In this document: piece by piece, positions 27,701-40,300 of the stretch
How the letters are laid out: the number at the start of each line of letters is the position of its first letter
Position numbering within the stretch: position 1 is the first letter of the stretch
Assembly: GCA_030141605.1 (NCBI GenBank)
Contig: JAQGDQ010000903.1
Location: forward strand, 17,987 to 81,986
Source of the DNA: Tubiluchus corallicola
Lineage: Eukaryota; Animalia; Priapulida
Direction: 5' to 3'
DNA: 64,000 nucleotides
Notes under the pieces: model-generated
What the model was told of the DNA's origin: nothing
Databases searched by the model: none
Seen by the model: only the letters and a program-made list of their open reading frames with translations
Position numbers and translations under genes: made by a program

Positions 27701-30700
27701 TGATAATTTTGATATTAAGATTATAATAATTAATGACCTGTTCTTATACCCAGCACCTAGTGAAATTCTGCATTTCCAGACAGCATACAATATTATCACC
27801 ATATGGTCGCGATCTTGTCACGATCATTTCAAAAAATTTGTTCAAAAAATATTGTCATCATGTTTGTACAATATAAGATATTGGTACAACATTCGATCAA
27901 TATTGTTGTCCAATATTGAAAACACATGGTTTGCACATATTAATAAAAAATATTGGTATGATGTTGTGGCCAGTCCACACTTCCATATGGTATCCATTTT
28001 TGCAAAAATATTGTGACAACATTGGTATAATATTGTTGTGCTGCCTGGCATAAAAGCTCATTAACTGTCAAAAACTTCTGCAATTTCACCTCTTGCTCAT
28101 GTACTCCACCACCCCTTCTCACCGTCCGAAATCATTTTTGTCGCCCATTCATCTTTAACTGAACAGTTTCCCGACTAATTCACGTACTCACGTGTTCACA
28201 CACACCCAACTCTCATTACAAACACTCACATATTTACTGTCACTGATTTCAGCTTGGATGGTTTTCCTTGTGCCGGTTAGTTAACCATTTTCCTGAAGAT
28301 CCTGCCACTCTTGATATCAAGTACTTGCTCTTCACGCGCAACTCAGAGGGCGCCGTGATCTTCAATTCCACTGATCTGGCAACCATTAAGTCTTCCACGT
28401 ACAATCCCAGGAAAGAAACGAAGATCATTGTGCACACCTGGCTAGAGAGTCCGTACACTTCGGAGAGTGACTGGATTCCGGTAAACAATTACAATTTGTT
28501 GTGGGCACAACATGATTAATACAGCTCGCATACACGTTGTACTGAAGTATAGGTATCCTGTTCAATGCTTTAGTTTAGGTCAAAGTTGATCAGTTCATTC
28601 ACGAAACCTTTCAGTTTGTGCAGCAGGACATTTGAGCAGTGGAAATTTGGAGAGTAGGCAATAAGCCAGGACAGGACAGTGAACACTTGGGTAGTGGACA
28701 TTTGGATAGTAGGACTTTTAGACAGTCGACAGTTGGGCATTGTCACTTAGCCAATGGAGACTTTAAGCAGCACAAGTGACAGAAAATTTTTGCATGAGAG
28801 ACTGTTAATCACCTGTCTGTAACACTTGAGCAACTGCTACTGCCAGGTTGTTGTAAACTGCAATCTTGTTAACACCTACATTTGTGCATTTGAGCAGTAA
28901 ATGCAGTAGGAAAACCAAATACGTTTTAAAATGCTAAATAAATGGAAATGTGGAAGTAACTTTGCTAGAAACAAGTTTTCGCAACTTCAAAATGACCCTT
29001 TTTGATTCTTAGTTGAAACAATAAAACAATGCACTCTAGATAGTTCATTGCGACAATAAACGATGTATTTTGTTCAATCTTCAGTTGAAACAATAAAACA
29101 ATGTACTGTGGGTATTTCATTGTGACAATAAACAATGTGCTCTATAACCTTCAGTTATAATAATGAAATATTTTGCTATAGAAGCTTTAATTTTTAACCA
29201 GAATCACAAAGTTATGTTTCGTGATTACCCAAAAAAAAATCAACGATCATATTAAAGTTAACAGTAAGATAAAACCAGAGCATTTATAAGAAATGCTAGG
29301 TTTATATGAGATTCCCTGATTTTTTCTTCTCTTAATGCCTCGGCTTCCTTTTCTTCACCGCCTCTTTTTCTTCAGGTATCTCCTTTGCAATTTACGGGGC
29401 TGATTAAGCTGGTGGAGCAACTGGCACTGGTTCTACTTGCTCTACTTGTTCACCTGTCTGCTCTGCCGCCTCCCCTGCTGCTTCTGCAACGTCACCAGCC
29501 TGTTCTGCTGCAGCTGGAGGAGCTTCCCCTTCCGCTGCTTGTTCCGCTACCTCTGCCGCCGCCTCTACCACTTCTGCTTGTTCCTCTATGGCGTTTGCTT
29601 CCTCGACTTGTTCTTCTGCTACTTCTGCCACAAGTTCGTTTCCACTCTCTTCGGCAGCTTCCTGAACTTCTTCGGCATTTTCTGCTGCAGCTTCCGCAAC
29701 GTCGCTTGCAGCTTCTGCCGCTTGTGCTGACGCTTCGGCGACTACTTGCTCCGGTGATTCTGACTCAGCTTCCCTCTTGCTCAATACCTGAAAAAAGCTT
29801 ATTTTGTTCATTTCATTTCATTCTTGGCATGTTTGGTTTTATACCAAACATCAACCTTATTATATGTTAATGACTCTAAAAAGATATTCAGGAAACGTAT
29901 CTTAGAAAAAAACAAGATTTTGGTCAACTGAATATTGAAGTGTATATTGTTTTACTGTCACAATTGAAGTATCTACAGCACATTGTTTGATTGTCACAAC
30001 TGAAAAACGTTCAGTACATTGTTACAATGAAATATCTGCAGCACATTGTTTCATTGTTACAATGAAATATCTACAGCACATTGTTGCATTGTTACAATGA
30101 AACATCTACAGCACATTGTTTTATTGTTACAATGAAATATCTACAGCACATTGTTTTATTGTTACAATAAAATATCTACAGTACATTGTTTTATTGTCTG
30201 CAATGCATTGTTTATTATTACAACATAACATCGTACAGCATTTTATCTTTATTGCATGTACGCAAGATGCTACCTCATGTGTTTGCTAAAAACAAATAAG
30301 AAACTATGAATATCATTAAATGTATCAACAAAGCGTAGAACATAGACAAATTTACAAATAAATCTTTATAAATCTTTGTCGTTGTCATTGTCACACCTCC
30401 TGTGAAAGCTATAAATTATTCAATGAGTGTAGCCATTACTCCTTATGTTAAGAATGTTAATAGAATCACAATACCAGAATGCATATTCTCTTACCTTCTT
30501 AGCAGAAACGTGTCTGGCAGTTACTGCAATTATTGCACAAGAGAAAGCCAAGAGCATCAGTGGTGAACTAACTCTAACCATCTTGTCTGAATTCTGTGAA
30601 ATCAGGAAGACTTTGTAGCAACTTCTTACTGCCTGGCAGCAGAATAAATGATTTCAATCAGTCAAATTCACTTATATACGAGCGGTGTCTACCAACTGTT

Positions 30701-31245
30701 ACCGCCTACTGAGATTGAGTCACTCATTTGGTTTTAAGATAAACACAAATACCTGAATAATGTTTAGTAATAGAGCATGTGTCGTCTCTTCTAGTTGAGG
30801 TGAATATACTACGAGAGTTTCTTCACAGTATGACTTAAACTTTGGCAATATGGTTCCTCATTGATTTAGGACATTGACTGATGTGTCATCTCTTCTAGTT
30901 GAGGTGATTATACTACAAGAGTTTCTTCACAGTGTGACCCAGATTTTGGCAATATGGTTCCTCTCTGATTAAGACATTGACTGAAGTGTCATCTCTTTCA
31001 GTTGAGGTGATTATACTGTAAGAGTTCCTAATCTGCACATCCGTGTTTCTGGCGATATGGTTCCTCTTTGATTTAGGACATTGACTGATGTGTTAACTCT
31101 TCCAGTTGAGGTGATTATACTACAAGAGTTCCTAACCTGCACATCCCTGTTTTTGGCGATATGGTTCCTCTGTGATTTAGAACATTAACTGATGTGTCAT
31201 CTCTTCTAGCAGTTGCCTCTGTTATGTGCGTGCGTGCGTGCGTGC

Positions 31246-31299
<54 letters not shown>

Positions 31300-34200
31300 A
31301 CTATAATATATAAGTTCGCACACTGTACCGGCGAGACACAACACCGCACATTTCGACAGGACAGGGCAGGACAGGCCAAGACAGGGCAGGACAGGACTTA
31401 CAGGACAAGACATGATAGGGCAAGGCAGGACAGGCTGGAACAAGAAAGAATAGAATAGGACTGCAAAAAGAAGAGACAACAATTTCACAAAAACAAATTT
31501 AACATGTAGAAATTAGAGAGTGGTAACGACATATACAAAAAATAGAGGGGAAAACAGCGGTGATGGTAGGTGGGGTTCGTTGTTATGCTAGTGGATAAGC
31601 AAATTGGAGAGTAAATAAGTACTTGTGTAGGTATTTAGGAAGGTAGGTAGGCAAGAATGTAGGTATAGACAGTAGGTAGTTGTATTTATGTACGTAAATG
31701 AATGTATAGGTAAGTACTGGGACGACAGATTGGTAGGTAGTCAGAAAAAAGAGACAGAAATTAAAATCAGCTCTGTGACTAATCAAGACGTTCGGTTAAA
31801 TTATCGTAGATCTGCCTGAACCAAGAATCGCGGCATGGGCGAGTTTAAGTTAATAATTGACGTTTAGTATTGTTAACTTGTAATTCATTTTGCTTATCAT
31901 TTTATTTATTTTCTTGTTGTTTGTCATTCTTGTCTAGCGAATGGTGAATGAGCTGCTAATAAACTCTGATTACAACGTTATTGTTGTTGATTGGACAAGG
32001 GCTGCAGGTGTCAAATATTCCTTGGCTGCAGCGAATGCCAGAATCGTGGCCCGGGACGTTCGAAAACTCTTCAGGACTATAAGGGTATTGGAGAATTTAG
32101 TAATTTACCATGAGCACACTATTGAAGACAGTATTAAAGAGTTTACAATGCATAAATCTATACACAGAATGCATTGACACATTATTATAATTATTAGACT
32201 GAAGCTGCGGGTAAGCCTCAGGACAGCACCAAAGAGAAAATATTGTGTTGGTGGTGCCCGGATTAATGGTAAATCTGAAAAAAGCCAAACAAAAGTGCAA
32301 GAAATGATCTCTCTCTTTTTCGCTCTCTATCTCTCTCTTTCTCTCATCCTCTTTCTCTCTCTCCCTCCTTCCCCCTCTCTCTCTTACCATTCACTCACTG
32401 ACTCACTCAGTCATTTATTCACACTCACTCTCCTCTCTAGGGTAGGAACAAAGTGCGAAATAGGTAGAAATTCAGGTGTATGATAACGACATATATGGGG
32501 CAAATGGGCTAATGTCGGACAAAAAGGCTTTTTCGGGTTTCTGTCTATATTTTTACAATTTTCTTGGAATAATGTTTCATCAACTAAAACTATGCTGTTA
32601 AGGAATCAAGAAGTACAGAAAAGTGGTTAGCTGAATAAAATGTAAAATACTGTGGTACTTAAATGCTTTGCTACGTCATTTCAATTGCAGGCAATGTCAG
32701 ACAGTTGAGCAGGGTAATGTCGGATGTAGGCCTAATTAACAACTTTCTGGTTTTGGCATTTGAATTATTTTAAATGGCTTGCAATATCGAGATTTATCAG
32801 TGACGACATGACAGAGATGTTGTACAATAGAAAAGACAAGCGCCAATGCCCTCACAAACATTTTTGTCCGGGCCCATTATTTATGAATAATGTGCACTGA
32901 AGGTAGACTGCATCTAATTATAGCTCCACAGCTAAATTTTTCCTCTCTTATTCTCTTTGCAAAGTTTTTTATATTTGCAGCATTTTTATCAGTCGTTTCG
33001 ATAACGGTTTTCTACCCATGTTTCTAAAAAGATTAAAACCGTTTGGCTCAAATGGCCAAAAAAAATCAATGTTATTTACTTACGCAAACAATTAAATCTG
33101 GCGAAAAGTCGGGCACAAATCCGGACATTAACTTAAACTTTCGGGTAAAGTCTGACACTGCTTCAGTGAGTTGTATAATAAACAAACAAATACGGTGCTT
33201 TCTAAAGTGTGGCATTAAAAACATCAAGGAAGATGTAACTTTCAAAATAACCCATTTCTGCAGAGGCTACTGTAAATAATTAACGCTTTAGATCTATTTA
33301 TCAGCAAATTAGAAAAAGCTAATGCAATTAAGGATAAACGTGTTCGCTGAGCGAGCTTGTATGGTTGACGACCATGCGGCTGCCTGAAGACGAATTAGTA
33401 GACACCATTCTAATAGTGAAAATGCCATTCTAAAGACGTGATGTGGCAGTATTAACAGAGAAAACAAAGTCCGGGTAATTTGATGGGTTTTAGGAAAACG
33501 TAAAAGTCATATAACTCAAGGTAATAACGTATCACGTACAACAACTACGGCAATTAACAATAGACGTTTATCAATACAAAACAGCAGTGCGTGTAATATA
33601 CAGTAATAACTTTAGCAAAATTTCCATACTGCTAGCTTACTTTTCTTTTCCTACTTTTCTTCTTCGCCTTTTTCTTCTTTTCCTTTTCTCGTCTCACAAA
33701 AATGTCTGAAGGTGACCTAGTATTATTTATTGTTGTTTGGTAATACCCTGTTTTTTCTTGCATGTTGCCTGGCCCATACAGAAAGCCTATGGATATTTCT
33801 GGATCAAAGCCAAGAATTTCCATCTGATAGGCTACGGCTTAGGAGCACATCTGGCAGGGTATGTTGGCAATCAAGGACTAGGTATCTTCAATCTCGGACG
33901 CATAACAGGTAGTGCACTTTGAAAGGTGAACAGCACCCAGTTTTAAACTATAGTTCAAAATAATCTACCGTATAAATTTCTTAAAGAGAACACGATTGTT
34001 TATAGAAAGAGTAATTTACGTGAAAGAACTATTACTACGGAAGTTTAATATCACGTTTGCGACCGTTACATGCATTTCACTGTTCGATAGTTAGATGGAC
34101 ACATCTTCCCGAATCTCGGAAGGCGTTGCGCAAAAAACAGGCGATGTACCTCTCAGTTTGTTTCTGGCGTAGTATGCATCTGTGGTGAAATCACATAATG

Positions 34201-37200
34201 ACACAGTGGAAAACTTAAAATTTAAATTTTAAACATAAATTTGCCCAGTTTTGTGTATCACAGTCAACGTTGTGCAGTAGCATTGTATTTCAATTTTCAC
34301 TTTCGCAAACAGTCACCGGCCGTTAATTAAATTTTTAAGCTATTATAATTATGAGAAACGCTTGGCGTTATTGTAGACGTTAAAATGTATATTTCTTACC
34401 GTACTTCAAAATAGAACAGGATATGAAAAATCGTCGTGTTTTTCTTTGAAATTTTTTTATAGCTTAGAAGTTTGAAAGTTAAAAGTACGCCTAGAAAATT
34501 TTATCGTCCAGTATATTGAAAATTCGGGCAGGTAACAGTAGCCTGTCTGTATTTAAGAAAAATATTCTCCCATTCTTCTGTGTTCTTCCCACATATGTAC
34601 ATCATCCATCGTTGCAACATAATCGGGATCATCATCTTACTTAGCTGTTACATCCACCAAAACCCCATTTCCTATTAACTCTGCTCAACACATGTCACTA
34701 AAAAATTACTTACTTCCGTTTCATTTTCTAAGACTTTTCTTGTATCATACACGAATCATTGTCACTATCATCTTAAAATTCTGAATTTGACAAACTCATC
34801 CCTTCTACGAATCTTTTTATCACAAGAGAATTAGTGAGCTTGTTTTATAGGCAACTAACAGTAATGTATTCCTATTTCTAAATTTGAATTCGGCTGAGTG
34901 ATGGGGTTGGTTAACCGTATTGCTCGGATGGGTGCTGCCCTTCTTAGATATTATGAATGAACAACAGTGAGTAAATGTTGTCTTTCACAGTGAACAGTTT
35001 CAAATCACAAACTGGCAAGCATGAAGTAAACCAAACATAAGAACTACATATACCAAAGCAGTTTTGCCAACATGATCCTGTTTAGTAAAAAAATTAATAA
35101 GGCAATTCTAAGTGTGTAATTCACTATTATAATCATAATTACATTACCAGTAAACCAAATCACTATGAGCAATGTGCCAATTATTGCCCTGGGAGTCTTC
35201 TTCAATGGTGCCTTATTCAACATTGCGAAAACTCTCACTGGAGCTTCTGAACCGTCTCCAAGATTCATTGGTATTGCGAACACGATGCTTCCTGCAGGAG
35301 ACATTTGGTCCAGGTTTGTCAGAATGTCAATGATACCAATACTGTAATGTATGTCTTTATGGACTAATTGTAGTAATGGCGCGACAGATAGACTGCGTAT
35401 TCATACAGAAAACTGTTTCGCTTGCTGTACGATTGCAGTGCTTCTGATATGTGTGTAAACCTAACTCTACCACATTTTAGTTATGTTGGCATAAGATCAT
35501 GTTGTAGCTTTCGAAATAGATTACTGCTGTACACTGGTAATAGTATTATATCTGCTATTATTAACTCACATAGACTTCTCTAATCTTACTTTTTGTGAAA
35601 TGAAACGAGTTATTACATAATTAGCTTCTAAAATTTATTTAGCTTTTAATTTACTAACTTTGTATATATATTTACTTTTCTAATTTTATTTTATTGTATT
35701 TTATTTCAGTTTAATAGTGTATTTGTATTTTATATTGTCTTACTCCCGAATTAAAAATTTGAGTTGAATTAAATTAAATTGTGTCCCGCTTGGACAAGTT
35801 GATGAACTTTTATCGTTGGATCACTGCTTGAGTCTAGTCCGACTTCGGATTTGATGTGCTTGTCTTCAATCAGCTGTCTGCGTCAATTACAGGAAAATAT
35901 CAGTTTTCTTCTGCACCGCTAAAAAATTCCGGCTCATTATCGACATTTCTATACCTTCCTAAAGTGAAAAGATTTCTGTTACAAATTTAAAAGAAATGGA
36001 AATGTCTTGCTCTCAATAGCCATTGGTCTTCCTTGAGGCGATGTGAATAAAAAATGTCATGCAATTGTGAAAAATGTTAAGCATTGTGAAAACATCAATC
36101 ATTTTGGCACTAGTTGTCATCGAGTGCGTCGTCTATTAGTTCAGCAAACTATATTTTTTTAAATCAAGCCTTGCAAAAATATATGAATGAATTTCTGTTT
36201 GTAGGACTAGATCCAGTTGATCCGTTTTTTCAATGGACAAACAGTTACATTCGATTAGACGAAAAAGATGCTCAATTCGTTGATGTTATTCATACAGACG
36301 CAGGTGGCTTTGTTGACAGGGCAGGCAAGTTGATAGCTAATTTTGCTCGTTCGTTTGTCTGTCTGTGTGTTTGCTTGTTTCGTTGTTTGTTTGTTTGTTT
36401 GGTTGGTTGGTTGGTTTGTTTGTTTGTTTGTTTGTTAGTTCGTTGGTTGGTTGGTTCGTTTGTTGGTTGGTTCGTTGGTTGGTTGGTTGGTTGGTTCGAT
36501 GATTGGTTGCCTGCTTTATTGATTGGCTGGCTAGTTGGTAGTCTGGCCTGCTGGTTGGCTAGTTGACAGGTGAGTGGGTAGGTGCTTGGTTTGGTTAGTT
36601 GGTTACTTAGTTTGTTAATTGACTGGTTGGTTAGCTAGTTTGACTTTGTGTGTTTTGGTGATATATTGCCTGATTTGCTTTATTATTGTTTAATTCTCTG
36701 CTTGCTGGATGCTCATTGTTGTTTTTTCTTTACTATAACTTCTCCATTTCTGCCTTTTATTTGTTGGTGTCGCCTCGTTGTCGTTGTAGTCATCGTCGTT
36801 GTTGCGCCATATCGCTTTTATTGTCCCTGTCACAGCAGTTGTTGCTGTTTTCGTTATCACTGTGGTTGTCGCCGTCATTGTTGACATTGTTACTACTGCT
36901 ACTGTATTGCAATCAAAATATTTATGTTTCTTTTGTTTTTGCCATAATCTGGGCCTAGACTCATCTGCAATGTCGCCATCGTTCTTGTTATTGTTATCAT
37001 TACTGTTGCTTTTCCCACGGTGCCGTTATTATTATCATTTTCACTGTTGATATTATTGTCACTTGTTGCTGTTGCTGTTGATAAAAGAGATCAACAGTAA
37101 TACACATATAATTTATCATAGATTTATATAAGATGCTCAATGTTTCATTAATGCACTTCCAAAAGTAAGCCAGATGCTTCGAAAACTGATTAGCAGTTAC

Positions 37201-37252
37201 ACTTATGTGAACGTTATTGCTGCTGTTACGACTGGTCATTCTGGGGTGTTGC

Positions 37253-37325
<73 letters not shown>

Positions 37326-40300
37326 GCAGTCGTTCCTATCGTTGTGGTGTCTTTGATCGTAATCTTTTTTTCGTTGTGCCGTAGATAAGACTGTTCAGTC
37401 ATCTTCTATGCTATTATAAACTACTGAATAAGTTATTCTGCAGGTTTGGGAATTTATCAGCCTTCGGGACACGTGGACTTTTACCCAGCTGGCGGAAGGA
37501 TACAGCCAGGATGCCCAGGTTCACTGATAGAAGCATGGATACAATATGGCTGGCAAACTGGTACTCGGGCATTATAAATAATAAACAGTTTAATATGAAA
37601 GAAATGATCCAGTGCTTATGTGTTTATAGTAATATAGATCACTTGTCTCTGCCGCACTACGACAATTGACTTTAGGTCTGAAAATTGAAGCAGGATATCA
37701 TACAGAAGCAAGTGTCCATGATACTTGTCAATGTCATAGTAATTTCATAATGGATTTCTAGATTTTGAATCGTGAAAAACCAGATTTAATATTTCTAATG
37801 ATTTATGTACAGCCGTTATCCTATCGGTTAATTCGCTGAAGGCAGAAGGTACTAAAATGTCTGAACTCTAATACTAGCCTCATGCAATTAATATAACTTT
37901 TAGGTTAATTGCTGATTAAACTTTGTCAGGCTTATCACAGTTCAATATACAACAAATCTGTGGTCGAGTTAAAGCCAGCAAATTGATTACATAAATTCTT
38001 ACAATAGCCTAATACTAGTAATTTCCCATTTATAGTTATTAATTTATTTATTTATGAATATAAGATATAAGCATTTTGTGTTTGAATAGTTATCTCAGTT
38101 ACAATCATACACAAGAGTAATATTAAAAAAACATATGCAGTATTAGATAAAGATAAACCGAAGAAAAGCACAGACAATGCAGACGGAGTTTTGTCCACAG
38201 TTCTTAATTTTCAGCCTACAAATTTTTACGAAACAGCATAAAAGTTAGCAGAAATAATCTCTTATTTTACATGTAGGTTGGAACAAATTCACTTACTGTA
38301 GTCACTATCGCTCGTTTGAACTATTCGTTGAGTCAATTAACGGTGATTGTGCGATGAGAGCTTTTGAATGTCAGAACTTTGAGCAACTGCAGGTACGTAC
38401 AAGTCTAGGCGCAGTTACTTTCAATGTGGGAGAGGCATTTTCTAAAAGATTTCTTTGTTGCATTTATCGATGCAATAACAGCAATTTTTAGTAACTCTGT
38501 TTGTGAATTAGATATATATTTGAATTACCAAAGATTTATACCAATCTTGTAAACTGCGACATACCTTATTATTTTAATTTCACTGTTGTTTTTAATGCAT
38601 CATCTACAGTCCAGGCAACTTTAAATAGGCATGTCTGCTGTTTCATGGGCTGTAATACGAGCAAAATGTTGTTATAATAAATATTTATTTGGATCAAATC
38701 AAAAATTCCCTCTTGGGATGCCTTGTATGAACTCCAGTTCATCCGCCTAAAATGATATCCACCTGTAATGCTGCACACTTTAATCCGGGCAATCTTAAAA
38801 TAGTTTTCGACATCATTGAATATAAGATGCACATATTACAGCCAATGAGACAGTAGGCAGGCCTATTTAAAGTTGTCTGGACTGTTGATGAAGCATCAAG
38901 AAATAACAGTGCAATTTGTGTGACAGGCAGGTCTGTGTGACGTCACAAACCCAACAACGAGCGCAATAATGGGCTTCAAAGCAAATGAATTTGACCCCGG
39001 AAGCACGAAGAATATTCAAATGTACGTGGACGTAGGGGGCGAAGAGAATTCCCAGTATTTCTGCCGTAAGTAAATTTGGTTCATTTGGTGAATGAAAGAG
39101 TGAAAAACCGTTCATGTAAGCTATTTGTGTAAGCAATCTAGAGTATTTGCATAACATAGTTATGAACTTAGACGTCAGGTGTCGATTAGTTGAGAATGTT
39201 GGATTCATAAGGTTTACAAGTAACTATGATTCAAAACGCTTGTGCAAGGCTGAGGTTGTACTCACCTAGCTCTAGGCGGCTAGTCGAAGGCTTTTAAAAA
39301 CGTTCCGAGCTTAACGAAGTTGTGTGCGAATTTAAACTTTACGATTCTTCCTCTAGATGGTGCTACTATAATGTGTTTGGGGGTTAAGACAATTTTATAT
39401 TTGTATTTGTCACAACGGCAAAGAGATTTTTAATAGGTATAATTGCAGTGGAAATTTAATTGAAAAAAGGCGTTGGTCTAATAGATAAAGAAATCTAATC
39501 TTGCAGCTTAATAGATATGATTCAATAATGCCAGTGTAGTTATAAAATCCGCAGTAAATGCTACTCTTTTACTATTGTTAATGTTATAATATGTACCAAT
39601 TTTTCAAAACTGTTCAACTTCAATTTCACGGTTAACTTTTCAGTTTTAACGTTTTTATTTAACGCCCCACATAAAGATTTTTAGCTTGCATTGTCTTAGA
39701 GGAGCCCAGTTTAATGATTTTGCTGTAATTATAATTAGATCATCACATTCATGTTGAATTCGCGCTGGATAATCAAGGAGTCCAGGAATCGGGTAAACTT
39801 CACATCATCTTAATTAACGAGCTTGGACGATCCGTTGACTACACACTTGGTGATCGCAGGTAAGATATTCAACGAAGTGGAAAAAGATCCCACAATTTGT
39901 CGAACTTTACGAAGAGAAATCCAACCTGACGTAATTAAAATGTATTGTGTAACGAAACTGCATGGTGTTGATATGCTGTTACATCGTGGTTGAGTAAAAC
40001 ACAGCAGAAACGAGAAAATGGAGACGAATTTTAAAGGAAAAAAACGTGCCAGATTTCTGTTCTGTATTTTGTGAATTTGTGTTTACACTGATTATAGCTC
40101 AAAAGCTATTCTAACCTCAAACTGCTAAATAAATCAGTGATCTAGAATAGATTAGCATAACTTGGATTTCTTTGTCTATGTGTGTGTCAAAAACAATCAC
40201 AAGCAATGGTAGTTGAAAAAAATGTCTGATATTTTTACTACGTGAAAGCACAAAAACACGAGCCAGTTCTTTTGAAACGGACTCCGTCCCATTTTGCAGT

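Noticed and set aside
29385-29870. 161-aa Leu/Pro-rich plus-strand ORF
   Set aside because: Antisense shadow of the Glu/Ala-rich nested exon.
30778-31210. Regularly spaced repeats resembling a CRISPR array
   Set aside because: Whole units are homologous with no unique spacers; eukaryotic context and no cas genes.
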